Assembly (NCBI RefSeq): GCF_003991155.1
Contig: NZ_CP031293.1
Direction: 5' to 3' (one strand)
DNA from: Escherichia coli
GTDB taxonomy: Bacteria > Pseudomonadota > Gammaproteobacteria > Enterobacterales > Enterobacteriaceae
DNA: 64,000 nucleotides
Both the position numbers and the translations under genes were made by a program. The notes under the pieces are model-generated. The model was not told the DNA's origin. It searched no databases and was given only the letters and a program-made list of their open reading frames with translations. The first letter of the stretch is position 1. Every line of letters begins with the position of its first letter. Positions 44,504 through 56,903 of the stretch are shown piece after piece.

Positions 44504-46546
44504 ATGACGAATCCGTTACTGACTCCCTTTGAATTGCCTCCGTTTTCTAAAATTCTCCCGGAACATGTCGTTCCTGCCGTGACTAAGGCGCTGAACGACT
44601 GCCGCGAAAATGTGGAGCGCGTAGTAGCGCAAGGGGCACCGTACACCTGGGAAAATCTCTGCCAGCCGTTGGCGGAAGTGGACGATGTGCTGGGGCGTAT
44701 CTTCTCTCCGGTCAGCCACCTGAACTCGGTGAAAAATAGCCCGGAACTGCGTGAAGCGTACGAACAAACCCTGCCGCTGCTGTCAGAATACAGCACCTGG
44801 GTAGGGCAACATGAAGGGCTGTATAAGGCATATCGCGACCTGCGCGATGGCGATCATTACGCCACGCTGAACACGGCGCAGAAAAAAGCGGTTGATAACG
44901 CACTGCGCGACTTCGAACTCTCTGGCATCGGTCTGCCGAAAGAGAAACAGCAGCGTTACGGCGAAATTGCTACCCGTCTTTCTGAACTGGGCAACCAGTA
45001 CAGCAACAACGTCCTCGATGCGACGATGGGCTGGACCAAACTCGTTACCGACGAAGCGGAGCTGGCGGGGATGCCAGAAAGCGCGCTGGCTGCGGCAAAA
45101 GCCCAGGCTGAAGCGAAAGAACTTGAAGGCTACCTGCTGACGCTGGATATCCCAAGCTACCTGCCGGTAATGACCTACTGCGACAACCAGGCTATGCGTG
45201 AAGAGATGTATCGCGCTTACAGCACCCGCGCTTCCGATCAAGGCCCGAACGCCGGTAAGTGGGACAACAGCAAGGTGATGGAAGAGATCCTCGCGCTGCG
45301 TCACGAACTGGCGCAACTGCTGGGCTTTGAAAACTATGCCTTTAAATCCCTTGCTACTAAAATGGCAGAAAACCCACAGCAGGTGCTGGATTTCTTAACC
45401 GATCTGGCAAAACGCGCGCGTCCACAAGGCGAAAAAGAGCTGGCGCAACTGCGTGCCTTCGCTAAAGCCGAATTTGGCGTGGATGAGTTGCAGCCGTGGG
45501 ATATCGCATACTACAGCGAAAAACAGAAACAGCACCTCTACAGCATCAGTGACGAACAACTGCGTCCGTACTTCCCGGAAAACAAAGCGGTTAACGGCCT
45601 GTTTGAAGTGGTGAAACGTATTTACGGCATCACCGCTAAAGAGCGTAAAGATGTTGATGTCTGGCATCCGGATGTCCGTTTCTTCGAACTGTATGACGAA
45701 AACAACGAACTGCGCGGCAGTTTCTACCTCGACCTGTACGCCTGTGAAAACAAGCGCGGCGGGGCGTGGATGGATGACTGCGTAGGCCAGATGCGTAAAG
45801 CAGACGGTTCGCTGCAAAAACCGGTCGCGTATTTGACCTGCAACTTCAACCGCCCGGTAAATGGTAAACCGGCGCTGTTTACCCATGACGAAGTGATCAC
45901 CCTGTTCCACGAGTTCGGTCACGGCCTGCATCATATGCTGACCCGCATTGAAACCGCTGGAGTGTCTGGTATCAGCGGGGTGCCGTGGGATGCGGTCGAA
46001 CTGCCGAGCCAGTTTATGGAAAACTGGTGCTGGGAGCCGGAGGCGCTGGCGTTTATCTCCGGTCACTATGAAACCGGCGAACCGCTGCCGAAAGAGTTGC
46101 TGGATAAAATGCTGGCGGCGAAGAACTACCAGGCGGCGCTGTTTATTCTGCGCCAGCTGGAGTTCGGTCTGTTCGATTTCCGCCTCCATGCCGAGTTCCG
46201 CCCGGATCAGGGAGCGAAAATCCTCGAAACTCTGGCAGAAATCAAGAAACTGGTTGCCGTGGTACCGTCTCCGTCATGGGGCCGTTTCCCGCATGCTTTC
46301 AGCCACATTTTTGCCGGTGGTTATGCGGCAGGTTACTACAGCTACCTGTGGGCCGATGTACTGGCAGCAGATGCCTTCTCGCGTTTTGAGGAAGAGGGCA
46401 TTTTCAACCGTGAAACTGGGCAGTCGTTCCTCGACAACATTCTGAGCCGTGGCGGTTCAGAAGAGCCGATGGAGCTGTTCAAACGCTTCCGTGGTCGTGA
46501 ACCACAGCTGGATGCGATGCTGGAGCATTACGGCATTAAGGGCTGA
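44504..46546 (+). CDS. prlC: Oligopeptidase A (M3 family zinc metallopeptidase)
   Basis: ORF 44465..46546; 680-aa protein from [17 protein letters not shown]... with HEFGH zinc motif. Confidence 0.95.
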   Translation: MTNPLLTPFELPPFSKILPEHVVPAVTKALNDCRENVERVVAQGAPYTWENLCQPLAEVDDVLGRIFSPVSHLNSVKNSPELREAYEQTLPLLSEYSTWVGQHEGLYKAYRDLRDGDHYATLNTAQKKAVDNALRDFELSGIGLPKEKQQRYGEIATRLSELGNQYSNNVLDATMGWTKLVTDEAELAGMPESALAAAKAQAEAKELEGYLLTLDIPSYLPVMTYCDNQAMREEMYRAYSTRASDQGPNAGKWDNSKVMEEILALRHELAQLLGFENYAFKSLATKMAENPQQVLDFLTDLAKRARPQGEKELAQLRAFAKAEFGVDELQPWDIAYYSEKQKQHLYSISDEQLRPYFPENKAVNGLFEVVKRIYGITAKERKDVDVWHPDVRFFELYDENNELRGSFYLDLYACENKRGGAWMDDCVGQMRKADGSLQKPVAYLTCNFNRPVNGKPALFTHDEVITLFHEFGHGLHHMLTRIETAGVSGISGVPWDAVELPSQFMENWCWEPEALAFISGHYETGEPLPKELLDKMLAAKNYQAALFILRQLEFGLFDFRLHAEFRPDQGAKILETLAEIKKLVAVVPSPSWGRFPHAFSHIFAGGYAAGYYSYLWADVLAADAFSRFEEEGIFNRETGQSFLDNILSRGGSEEPMELFKRFRGREPQLDAMLEHYGIKG

Positions 46547-46553
46547 TCATTCA

Positions 46554-47306
46554 GTGAAAATCTGCTTAATTGATGAAACAGGCGCCGGAGACGGCGCCTT
46601 ATCTGTTCTGGCGGCTCGCTGGGGGCTGGAGCACGATGAAGACAACCTGATGGCGCTGGTGTTAACGCCGGAGCACCTGGAACTGCGCAAGCGTGATGAG
46701 CCGAAACTTGGCGGCATCTTTGTTGATTTTGTTGGCGGAGCGATGGCGCACCGACGCAAATTCGGCGGCGGACGTGGTGAAGCGGTGGCAAAAGCAGTGG
46801 GCATTAAAGGCGATTATTTGCCGGATGTGGTGGACGCCACCGCAGGATTAGGGCGCGATGCCTTTGTGCTGGCTTCGGTCGGCTGCCGCGTGCGGATGCT
46901 GGAGCGCAATCCGGTGGTTGCCGCGTTGCTCGACGATGGTCTGGCGCGTGGTTATGCGGATGCGGAAATCGGCGGCTGGTTACAGGAACGTTTGCAGTTG
47001 ATTCACGCCTCCAGTCTGACGGCGCTGAGCGATATCACCCCGCGTCCGCAGGTGGTCTATCTTGACCCAATGTTCCCGCATAAGCAGAAAAGCGCGCTGG
47101 TGAAAAAAGAGATGCGCGTGTTTCAGTCGCTGGTGGGGCCGGATCTTGATGCCGATGGATTGTTGGAGCCTGCGCGGTTGCTGGCAACCAAACGCGTGGT
47201 GGTGAAGCGTCCGGACTATGCGCCGCCGCTGGCGAATGTCGCCACGCCAAACGCGGTAGTCACTAAAGGGCATCGCTTTGATATTTATGCCGGAACGCCG
47301 GTGTAA
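46554..47306 (+). CDS. rsmJ: 16S rRNA m2G1516 methyltransferase RsmJ (YhiQ)
   Basis: GTG start giving (M)[43 protein letters not shown]...; 250 aa. Confidence 0.88.
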
Positions 47307-47310
47307 AAGT

Positions 47311-47342
47311 AAAGCAGGGTAGCGTTATCGCTACCCTGCTTT
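47311..47342. terminator. Bidirectional hairpin terminator between rsmJ and dtpB
   Basis: aaagcagggtagcg-ttat-cgctaccctgcttt perfect stem-loop. Confidence 0.65.
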
Positions 47343-47354
47343 CTGCAAGAATAA

Positions 47355-48824
47355 TTAATGGCTTTCGGGTGTCGCAATCATGCGTTTCAGCCACGGCACC
47401 ATTAGCAGCATCACCACCGCAACGCCCAGCGTAACCAGGCCAATCTTACCAAACACGTTGGTATAGACGGGCAACGTCTCAAGCGGATCGGTAATGTTGT
47501 CTGGTACTGCGGTAAATGTTGCCACATAGCCGCCCAGCAAGAACGCGGCAGCCTGCGTCAGGAACCACATCCCGAGAATAAAGCCCATCAAATGCTGCGG
47601 CACCAGGGCAGCAATCATCGCCAGGCCAAGGGCGCTAATAAACAGTTCACCCAGGCTCTGGAACAAGTAAACCAGCACGATAAACCACGGCGATGTCAGT
47701 CCTTGTGCATCAGCAAACCACATTCCCGCAGCTGCAGCCGTCAAAAAGCCCAGCGAGCACATAAACATACCGAGAGTAAATTTCATCGGCATCGAGAGGT
47801 CTTTGCCTTTGTTACCCAAATGCGTGTAGATACCTGCCAGTATTGGGCTGGCGAGTACCACCCAGAACGGGTTAAGCGCCTGGAAGCTGACCGGGTTGAT
47901 GGAAAAGCCGAGAATTTCATGATGCACGTTGTTGATGGCAAAGAAGTTCAGCGACGTTGGCATCTGGGCGTAGAGAATGTAAAACACCACCGCTTCGAGC
48001 ATCAGGACAAAGGCGACAAACATTTTATTGCGCCCGGTTTTATCCAGCTTGAATGCCTGACGAAAGAAAATGATGGTGACGACGATGGAGAGAACAATCA
48101 GCACCAGATTGGCGACTTCTACGTTGTGCATCAGCCATGCACAGACGAAGATCATCACCACGCTGCCAAGTAACACGTACAACAGTTTGCTGAAGCTCAT
48201 CGGCCGGAAGTCGGGTTCAGAACCAATGTCTTTCACCATTCCGCGACAGGCGATGTAAACCAATAGCGCGATAATTAATCCCGCACCGCACAGGTTGTAG
48301 GTGACTGAATAGCCGAATCTATCAGCGATCACAGGGGCCAGCGATAACGCTATCAACGAGCCGATGTTGATCGACATATAGAACAGGGTAAATGCGCCAT
48401 CAAGCCGCGGATCTTTCGGCGGATAGCACTTCGAAAGCAAGCTGGCTGGGTTAGCTTTAAACAGGCCGTTACCGACAGCGATAGTCCCCAGGGCGATGAA
48501 AATCAGGTCAGGCTTAAGTAGCGACATGCCGGTCATGAAGTAGCCAATCGCCAGCACAAGTGCTCCGAGAACAATGGTGCGTTTGGTCCCCAGCAGGTGG
48601 TCGCCGACATAGCCGCCAATGGAAATGAGGCCATAGACCAGCGCAGCAAAAGCACCAAAAGTGACAAAAGCCTGTTCTTGCGAGAATCCAAGCTGCTTAA
48701 CGAAGAAAACAGCCAGTACGCCCTGCACGCCGTAGTAGCCGAATCGCTCCCATAACTCGACAAAAAAGATCATGAAAAATGGGCGAGGTTGCTGCAGCAT
48801 CCCCATGGGTGTTGTTGTATTCAT
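47355..48824 (-). CDS. dtpB: Dipeptide/tripeptide:H+ symporter DtpB (YhiP), POT family
   Basis: 489-aa [44 protein letters not shown] (POT signature). Confidence 0.93.
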
Positions 48825-49092
48825 ATTTATTAACCTTCCAATACCATCCTGAAAAGTATGAACGCGTAAGGGATAACGCGCGAAAAAGTTTACATCTGTC
48901 AGAGATTCTTAATATTGATGCGGTGAATAGATTAATACACTATTACAACAGAAAATAACCAGCTGATCACACTAATGATGGAAAATATGATGGTGTTAAA
49001 TGTTGTATTGGCAGGGGATTTTGATTGCGTACGCAGACCGTAGGCCAGATAAGGTGTTTACGCTGCAAGGTAACAAGGCGCGCCAAAAAGCA

Positions 49093-49114
49093 AAACGCCC
49101 GCATATGCGGGCGT
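49093..49114 (-). terminator. Rho-independent terminator downstream of uspA
   Basis: aacgcccgcatatgcgggcgtt palindrome followed (minus strand) by a T-rich tract. Confidence 0.65.
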
Positions 49115-49139
49115 TCAGGAACACGTCGTAGAGGGAAGA

Positions 49140-49574
49140 TTATTCTTCTTCGTCGCGCAGCGGAACAATCAGCATATCAACGTGAACGGTGTTGATCAGC
49201 TGACGTGCGGAAGACATCAGTTTGCTCCAGAAGTCCTGGTGGTGACCACAAACCACCAAATCCATATCGTATTTCTTGATTGCATCGACCAGAACCTGGC
49301 CCAGGTCGCCGCTGCCACTCAGGGTTTCAGTGATTGGGTAGCCTGCATTAGTGGAAAGCTCGGTCAGTGCATGATGTGTCTCTTCAGAGATGCGTTTCTG
49401 CATATCACCCAGATTCACATCAATAAGCCCGGTGTATAGGTCAGAGTAGTTTACATCTACGTGGATCAGAGAAACTTTCGCATTGTAGGGGCGAGCCATA
49501 GAGACTGCTTTCTCTACCAGAACTTTGCTTTCCGGGGAGAGGTCGACCGCGATGAGAATGTGTTTATAAGCCAT
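49140..49574 (-). CDS. uspA: Universal stress protein A
   Basis: 144-aa [43 protein letters not shown]... Confidence 0.96.
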
Positions 49575-49964
49575 AGTGTTACTCCTTCCATAAAGTTGTC
49601 GATGACTGGCCAGCTAGCGTTTCTTGTGCCGTTACGTCACCCGCGTCCTGCGAACTACGTGCGCGGGGCTAACCCAGCCGTAAAGATTCAGTGTTAAGAC
49701 CATCCTTACCTTATAGCGACCCGGATGATCCGTCAATCCGCCTTGCTTACTCGTTAGATAAACAAATTTTCGACATGAATATATTGATAGTGGTTAACCT
49801 TCTGGAAAAAAAACAACCTGATCTCCTACACTATCTATAGAGCCGCTCGGATGTTGGTCACCACAAAAGCGGTTTCTCCAGGACCTGGTGTTAACTGATT
49901 GGCAGCGTATCGGGAGCGGTAGCCCCGGGGTGGAACTCCGCGGGCAGGTCGCCGGGGAGGAGGT

Positions 49965-50300
49965 ATGATAAGCACCGTCGCATTATTTTGGGCTTTATGT
50001 GTCGTTTGCATTGTTAACATGGCGCGCTATTTCTCATCACTACGCGCGTTGTTAGTGGTACTGCGTAACTGCGATCCATTGCTCTATCAATATGTTGATG
50101 GAGGGGGCTTTTTTACCTCACATGGCCAACCCAACAAACAGGTGCGTCTCGTTTGGTATATCTATGCCCAACGTTATCGCGATCATCACGATGATGAGTT
50201 TATTCGCCGCTGTGAGCGGGTGCGTCGGCAGTTTATTCTGACCAGCGCATTGTGTGGTCTGGTGGTGGTCAGCCTGATTGCATTGATGATTTGGCATTAA
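49965..50300 (+). CDS. uspB: Universal stress protein B (membrane protein)
   Basis: 111-aa [53 protein letters not shown]... Confidence 0.95.
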
Positions 50301-50370
50301 GCACTTCAGCAATAATGACGCATAAAAAAAGCGGGCCAGTAAACTGACCCGCTCGTTTTGGTGCGTACGA

Positions 50371-51870
50371 TTACAGGAACTGCAAGGAGAGCCAGTACAG
50401 CCCGCCGGAAAGCAGTACCGCAGCCGGAAGGGTAAATACCCAGGCCATCAGAATACTGGTTACGGTTTTACGCTGTAAGCCGCCGCCATCTACCACCATC
50501 GTCCCCGCGACAGAAGAGGAGAGTACGTGAGTAGTGGAAACCGGCATCCCGGTATAACTTGCCAGGCCGATAGACACTGCCGCCGTCATCTGGGCAGACA
50601 TCCCCTGAGCGTAGGTCATGCCTTTCTTACCGATTTTCTCACCGATAGTCGTTGCCACACGACGCCAGCCAATCATCGTACCGATACCTAACGCCAGCGC
50701 GACCGCCATGATGATCCACACCGGCGCATACTCGATGGTGCTAAGCATGTCGGACTTCAGTTTCTTCAACAGACGCTGATCGTCAGCACTCACACCAGGC
50801 ATCTTCACCACTTTATCGATAGTGTCAGAAACGCACAGCATAATGCGGCGCATCTGGCTACGTTGATCAAGCGACAGCTTGTCGTAGCTTTCCACATCGG
50901 TAGTCAACATGCCTTTCAGGCGGTTGAGCGCGTTAATGGTATTCGACGGATGGCAATGGAACTCCGCGGGTTGCGTTGCGCCAGCTTCCGGAGCCGGTAC
51001 TAACTGATCAGCACCGGTAGCCTGTTTCAGCAGTGCAGGATGCTGCTCAAAGTAAGCTTCGACGTTGTTGATGGCATCACGGGTACGGGTGATTTCGTAG
51101 CCAGTGGCATTCATGTTCACCACGAAGCCTGCTGGTGCGACACCAATCAATACCAACATAACCAGACCAATGCCTTTCTGACCATCGTTCGCGCCGTGCG
51201 AAAACGCCACGCCGATAGCGGAAAGGATCAGCGCAATACGCGTCCAGAACGGCGGCTTTTTCTTGCCGTCTTTCTTTTCACGCTCCGCTGGGGTCAGGTG
51301 GATACGGGCGCGTTTCTTGGTGCCGCTCCAGTAGCGACGCAGCAAGAAAATCAGACCGCCAGCAAACACCAGGCCGACAATAGGGGAAACGATCAGAGAA
51401 CCGAAAATACTTAATACTTTCGGGATATTGAGTGCATCCACCACTGACGTCCCGGTCATCAACGCATTGGTTAAACCAATCCCGATGATCGCGCCAATCA
51501 GCGTATGAGAGCTGGATGCAGGTAAACCAAAGTACCAGGTACCAAGGTTCCAGATAATCGCCGCCAGCAACATAGAGAACACCATGGCAAGGCCATGAGA
51601 CGATCCCATATTAAGCAGCAGATCCGTCGGCAGCATATGCACAATGGCATAGGCAACACTCAGACCACCCAGCAAAACACCCAAAAAGTTGAACACCGCC
51701 GCCATAACCACGGCGAGCTGAGAACGCATCGCGCGGGTATAGATAACGGTTGCCACGGCGTTGGCTGTGTCATGGAAACCATTGATGGCTTCGTAGAACA
51801 GCACAAAAGCCAGTGCAAGCAATAATAACAGCCCGGTATGCAAATCCAGGCCAGCAAACAAATGTAGCAT
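50371..51870 (-). CDS. pitA: Low-affinity inorganic phosphate transporter PitA
   Basis: 499-aa [48 protein letters not shown] (PHO4 family). Confidence 0.95.
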
Positions 51871-52101
51871 AGGACGTTACGCCATTTTGAGGACATGAAC
51901 GCGGCGCATTATCAGTGACTTTCGCGGCGCGGGCAAAGTGAAATATAGACTTTTTTTGATTTGCCTCCTGTATGGATTTCACTCAAAAAATAATTATCTT
52001 ATATAATTCAGGCAAATACTTCCTTTTAGTAATATTGATGCTGGTGCGACCACTGAGGAATCTTTACAATTCACGCCCGTTTTTTCTTAGAGGAGCGCAA
52101 C

Positions 52102-53304
52102 GTGGAAAGGTTTGATGCCATTATTATAGGCGCTGGTGCGGCAGGTATGTTCTGTTCTGCGCTGGCAGGTCAGGCAGGACGCCGGGTTCTGCTGATCGAT
52201 AATGGTAAAAAACCAGGGCGCAAAATCCTCATGTCTGGCGGTGGGCGCTGCAACTTTACCAACCTTTATGTCGAACCGGGCGCTTATCTGAGCCAGAATC
52301 CGCATTTTTGTAAGTCTGCACTCGCGCGTTTTACCCAGTGGGATTTCATTGATCTGGTCAATAAACACGGCATCACCTGGCACGAGAAAACGTTAGGGCA
52401 ACTCTTCTGCGATGACTCCGCGCAGCAGATTGTCGACATGCTGGTGGATGAGTGCGAGAAGGGCAATGTGACCTTCAGATTGCGTAGCGAAGTGCTGAGT
52501 GTGGCGAAGGATGAAACAGGCTTCACGCTTGAACTGAACGGCATGACTGTCGGTTGCGAAAAGCTGGTCATCGCGACCGGTGGGCTGTCAATGCCGGGGC
52601 TGGGCGCATCGCCGTTTGGTTATAAGATTGCCGAACAATTTGGCCTCAACGTGCTGCCGACCCGCGCGGGCCTGGTGCCATTCACTCTGCATAAACCGTT
52701 GCTCGAAGAGTTACAGGTGCTGGCGGGCGTGGCGGTGCCTTCCGTGATTACCGCTGAAAACGGCACCGTTTTCCGTGAGAACTTACTCTTCACCCACCGC
52801 GGCTTATCTGGACCGGCGGTGTTGCAAATTTCCAGCTACTGGCAACCGGGTGAATTTGTCAGCATCAATCTACTACCGGATGTGGACCTCGAAACCTTCC
52901 TGAATGAGCAGCGTAATGCACATCCGAATCAGAGCCTGAAAAACACACTGGCGGTTCATCTACCGAAGCGGTTGGTTGAACGCTTACAGCAACTCGGGCA
53001 AATCCCGGATGTTTCGCTAAAACAGCTCAACGTGCGTGACCAACAGGCACTGATTAGCACATTGACCGACTGGCGCGTACAACCCAACGGCACTGAAGGC
53101 TATCGCACTGCCGAAGTGACGCTCGGCGGCGTGGACACCAACGAACTCTCTTCACGGACGATGGAAGCGCGCAAAGTGCCTGGGCTGTACTTCATCGGTG
53201 AAGTGATGGACGTCACTGGTTGGCTGGGAGGCTATAACTTCCAGTGGGCGTGGTCGAGTGCGTGGGCTTGTGCGCAGGATTTGATTGCAGCGAAGTCGTC
53301 CTGA
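52102..53304 (+). CDS. yhiN: FAD-dependent oxidoreductase YhiN (HI0933/BaiN-like flavoprotein)
   Basis: 400-aa ORF, GTG start, FAD-binding GxGxxG (IIGAGAAG). Confidence 0.9.
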   Translation: MERFDAIIIGAGAAGMFCSALAGQAGRRVLLIDNGKKPGRKILMSGGGRCNFTNLYVEPGAYLSQNPHFCKSALARFTQWDFIDLVNKHGITWHEKTLGQLFCDDSAQQIVDMLVDECEKGNVTFRLRSEVLSVAKDETGFTLELNGMTVGCEKLVIATGGLSMPGLGASPFGYKIAEQFGLNVLPTRAGLVPFTLHKPLLEELQVLAGVAVPSVITAENGTVFRENLLFTHRGLSGPAVLQISSYWQPGEFVSINLLPDVDLETFLNEQRNAHPNQSLKNTLAVHLPKRLVERLQQLGQIPDVSLKQLNVRDQQALISTLTDWRVQPNGTEGYRTAEVTLGGVDTNELSSRTMEARKVPGLYFIGEVMDVTGWLGGYNFQWAWSSAWACAQDLIAAKSS

Positions 53305-53617
53305 GCTATTTCCTAAAGATGAAAATTATTAGAGTCGCATTAAAAATGAGCTAATTTTGATAGTGGTTATCTTGTGATTATTTTCTAATGAGCCTGTGAA
53401 CTGAAACCCTCCATGCTTAATATAAGGTGGAGGGAAAGGTGATTAAAACTCCCCCAGTGGCCAGATCTTTATAAAATATGAACAGGTTGAAAAAATCAGC
53501 AACTTTGCTGTTTATTTATACTTAACCACTATGCATTAATGCTGCGTTATTTCATGATACCTAAGAAAAACCAGCGTTACGCAAATAATCAACGCTGGTT
53601 TATCCGGTACGTTGCAA

Positions 53618-54670
53618 TTATTTTTTAGCAGAACCCGCTTCTAATATTGAAACGATTGAGAACAACGTAAAGCATACCGCTCCCAAACCGACCAGAACCC
53701 GCGAAGGAATAAAATACCCTATGTCGGTCTGCGCCATTTCCGCAAGAAACGATGCCAGGAAAAGGCAAAACAGGCAGGTGAAGACGGGAATCATCGGTAT
53801 TCTGTTGGCTAACGAACAGGTACGTCTCCAGACCAGTGCCAGTAGCCAGACTTTTGAGAATATGCTGTAACAGATCATTCCGAGGCAAATGAGAATAATG
53901 CCGGGAGCCAGTCGGACGCTTGCATCGGAGCTGACTAAGACGTATATGCCCTGCAGCACCGTGATTGAGCCGAGAATAATAACCCAATAACACCACAGCC
54001 AGTGTTCTTTGGATGAGAACGTATTACGTGTTTGATGGACGATTGTGGCAACAAGGCCAATTAGACAGGCACAGATTGCGGTTAACCCAAGCAATACGTG
54101 ACCGGCGACATAATGCGGAGTTATGTCAGCACTACGTAACAGCGTAATAGACCAAATGAAACCGAGCAGGGTGAGTAAAACGGGAACGGCAATGAGGCAA
54201 TTACCGATTAATGAAGAATAAGCCTGTACCGGTGTTCCGTCGCTCTTGCTCCCCGCTGCGTTTTTAGGAATGAGCAGAAAGTGACCGGATGATGCTGCCA
54301 CTGTCGATACACAGGCGGCAATCATACCAACGCCAAAAATAACATGGCCGGCAACAAACTCGTCTGCCATCACATCATTGCCTGCTAACAGTGCCCAACC
54401 CCATATCATGGTGATAATTGACCCCGCATAGCCAATAATGGGGAACAATGTATTGTAAAACGTATTAACGCCGCGCGTGAGCTGCGAAATGATAATAAAT
54501 GCGGTAGTGAATAATGCCAGGCATATGGCTGCCAGAGAAATGAGCACATGACCCGCGACGAAATACTCACTTTGCCCAGAACTTTCCAGTACAAAGCCAC
54601 CTAACGCGATACAAATTAAGCCCATAATTAAAGGGATTAATTTGAAAAGCCACCCGATATATATGTTCAC
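53618..54670 (-). CDS. yhiM: Inner membrane protein YhiM (acid-resistance associated)
   Basis: ORF 53618..54769; 350-aa protein from GTG-initiated (M)NIYIGWLFKLIPLIMGLICIALGG preceded by GAGGAG RBS; repeated FVAGHV motifs. Confidence 0.85.
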   Translation of the reverse strand: MNIYIGWLFKLIPLIMGLICIALGGFVLESSGQSEYFVAGHVLISLAAICLALFTTAFIIISQLTRGVNTFYNTLFPIIGYAGSIITMIWGWALLAGNDVMADEFVAGHVIFGVGMIAACVSTVAASSGHFLLIPKNAAGSKSDGTPVQAYSSLIGNCLIAVPVLLTLLGFIWSITLLRSADITPHYVAGHVLLGLTAICACLIGLVATIVHQTRNTFSSKEHWLWCYWVIILGSITVLQGIYVLVSSDASVRLAPGIILICLGMICYSIFSKVWLLALVWRRTCSLANRIPMIPVFTCLFCLFLASFLAEMAQTDIGYFIPSRVLVGLGAVCFTLFSIVSILEAGSAKK

Positions 54671-55052
54671 TTTAAACTCCTCAGGTATCCCTGCTAATAT
54701 TGAAATGTGCATTAATGATAATTTCAGCCTGTTAATATAATGACGAGATATCATTAAAGACAAATGCATAGCATAACTATAGCGGGATTTACTTTGCAGA
54801 GCGCTACTTTTCAGCGTTCAAAAGGCCATGGTAAATAAATATTTATCCTAAGATTAATTCTTATTCTGTTGTTTTTTACAATTATCTTCCAGGGAGGGAT
54901 TCTTTTTCATTATTTGGTAAAAGACCGGATGGTATCGGTGCTTAAAATCATCGAACATATAAGTATTATTGCTTTGTATCATCGTAAATATGTCTTTCAG
55001 ACATGTGTCATTTATTTTGTTACTAACAAGTCAAAAATATCACGGGTTATTT

Positions 55053-56642
55053 ATGAAAGTATTTCACAATATATTTAAGCACATCTCTTCAAACCATCAA
55101 GATAAGCATTCAGATAAAGTTAACAGTCATCAACACCATGGAAAGGTTGATAAAAAACATCGTTCAAAGATAGTTGAAATTGATAAGCTGGATAAACATT
55201 TGCAAATAGATAACGATTTTGGCCTGCATATCATCTATTTCCTGCAACATGGCTGCTGGAACGTAACTGAACATAGTTCTCAGATAGAAAAAATATGGTT
55301 TTACAATAGTGAGCCATCTATAGATATTAAAGAATATAATAGTTTCGCCGATAATACTACTGACACGTTTATCTTTACAATTATACCAGACAATAACCAT
55401 GTGATAAAATTATCGTCTCCCATTACCGTTACGATTGAGCGTAAGGACGGTTATTATTTTATTAATTTCTCCGGGGATAAATCAGACATAATTTATAAAG
55501 TTGATGGGTTTTCTATCATAGAGAGAAATTTCTTTACTCTTCTTAGTGGTAATTTCAAACCTGACTGGCGTTGGGCTGTCTCTAAAGAGACGTTTACTAA
55601 GGAAAAGTTTGATAGCTATGTTGAATCTGTTTTTTCAAAAATAGACTTTTATAAACAGTGTGGTGTGATTAACCCACAAAATGCCAACACGGCTTATTTT
55701 GGCGATACAGATGGAAGAGTAGGCGCTGTACTTTATGCATTGCTCGTTTCAGGGCATATAGGCATCAGGGAAAAGGGGTGGAGTTTATTATGTGATTTAT
55801 TAAAACACGAAGACATGGCTTCATTCGCATATGAAAATAAAAAGTTGAAAAAACTCTTCACTTTATTAGATAAGAGAGACATGTTCTTGAATGAGTTGCA
55901 TCAACATGTTTTTTTAAAAGGCGATGCGATTACCCCTTGTATCTTCCTTGGGGATCATACAGGCGATAGATTTAGTACTATTTTTGGTGATAAATATATC
56001 CTTACTTTGCTAAATTCTATGCGAAACATGGAGGGTAATAAAGATAGTCGTATAAATAAAAATGTCGTCGTTCTGGCTGGAAATCATGAAATCAATTTTA
56101 ATGGTAACTATAGTGCACGACTAGCAAATCATAAACTCTCTTCCGGTGATACATATAACTTAATTAAAACGCTCGATGTTTGTAATTATGACTCAGAAAC
56201 GAAAGTTTTAACCAGTCATCACGGAATAATAAGAAATGAAGAAAATGAATGTTATTGTCTAGGTGCTTTGCAGGTTCCATTTAATCAGATGAAAGACCCA
56301 ATTGATCCTGAGGAATTAGCAAATATATTTAATAAAAAACATAAACAACACATGGATGATCGTCTTATCCATCTAATTAGAAGCAATGCTATAGCATCCA
56401 CACCTGTATATGACAATTATTTTAATAACACTACTGCTTTCAGACCAAAACCTGAAGATATCTTCAAATGTGGACAGACGCTCAAAAAAAGTAAACAGAA
56501 ATATGGCCATTATGGATTAGGGGTAGATCAGCATCAAAAAATTGATAATTATATCATGGGGCTAAATTCCTGGAAGATAGCACCTAACGAACGTGGTGAT
56601 AAAAAAGGTGTCCCAGGGCTTAGTTGTTTTCAACCACATTAA
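55053..56642 (+). CDS. yhiL: Uncharacterised protein YhiL, full length; paralog of YhiJ with metallophosphatase-like motifs
   Basis: ORF 54969..56642, start placed at MKVFHNIFKH; motifs YFGDTDG, FLGDHTGDRF, LAGNHE, SHHG shared with YhiJ; very AT-rich. Confidence 0.7.
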   Translation: MKVFHNIFKHISSNHQDKHSDKVNSHQHHGKVDKKHRSKIVEIDKLDKHLQIDNDFGLHIIYFLQHGCWNVTEHSSQIEKIWFYNSEPSIDIKEYNSFADNTTDTFIFTIIPDNNHVIKLSSPITVTIERKDGYYFINFSGDKSDIIYKVDGFSIIERNFFTLLSGNFKPDWRWAVSKETFTKEKFDSYVESVFSKIDFYKQCGVINPQNANTAYFGDTDGRVGAVLYALLVSGHIGIREKGWSLLCDLLKHEDMASFAYENKKLKKLFTLLDKRDMFLNELHQHVFLKGDAITPCIFLGDHTGDRFSTIFGDKYILTLLNSMRNMEGNKDSRINKNVVVLAGNHEINFNGNYSARLANHKLSSGDTYNLIKTLDVCNYDSETKVLTSHHGIIRNEENECYCLGALQVPFNQMKDPIDPEELANIFNKKHKQHMDDRLIHLIRSNAIASTPVYDNYFNNTTAFRPKPEDIFKCGQTLKKSKQKYGHYGLGVDQHQKIDNYIMGLNSWKIAPNERGDKKGVPGLSCFQPH

Positions 56643-56903
56643 AACCCCATGAGTGCTGTGGTATGTCTTTTTAATCCTGCCAGTATTTCATAGTTTTTCT
56701 TAATCGATTGTAGAGGCATGTACTGATGACGCCTCTACAATCTTTAGGGACTTTCTCTACTATGAGATAAGAAATTTCATATTATGCTTTAAGGCTGAAT
56801 GATTTGTGAAAAATATAATTATTTTCCCGTCGAACATGAGGTGTATGTCATAAGATTAAATGATAACTATGTATTCCTTGCGGTGAATTATATGAGGTAA
56901 AAG

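Noticed and set aside
44465..46189. Several 80-260 aa ORFs antisense to or overlapping prlC
   Set aside because: prlC (HEFGH metallopeptidase) is unambiguous on the plus strand; the opposite-strand and alternate-frame ORFs are consistent with chance open frames in GC-rich DNA.
53305..53617. Tiny ORF (MKIIRVALKMS) and hairpins between yhiN and yhiM
   Set aside because: Too short and without RBS to call as a gene; the region more plausibly holds the convergent terminators (ccagcgtt...aacgctgg hairpin near 53568..53600).
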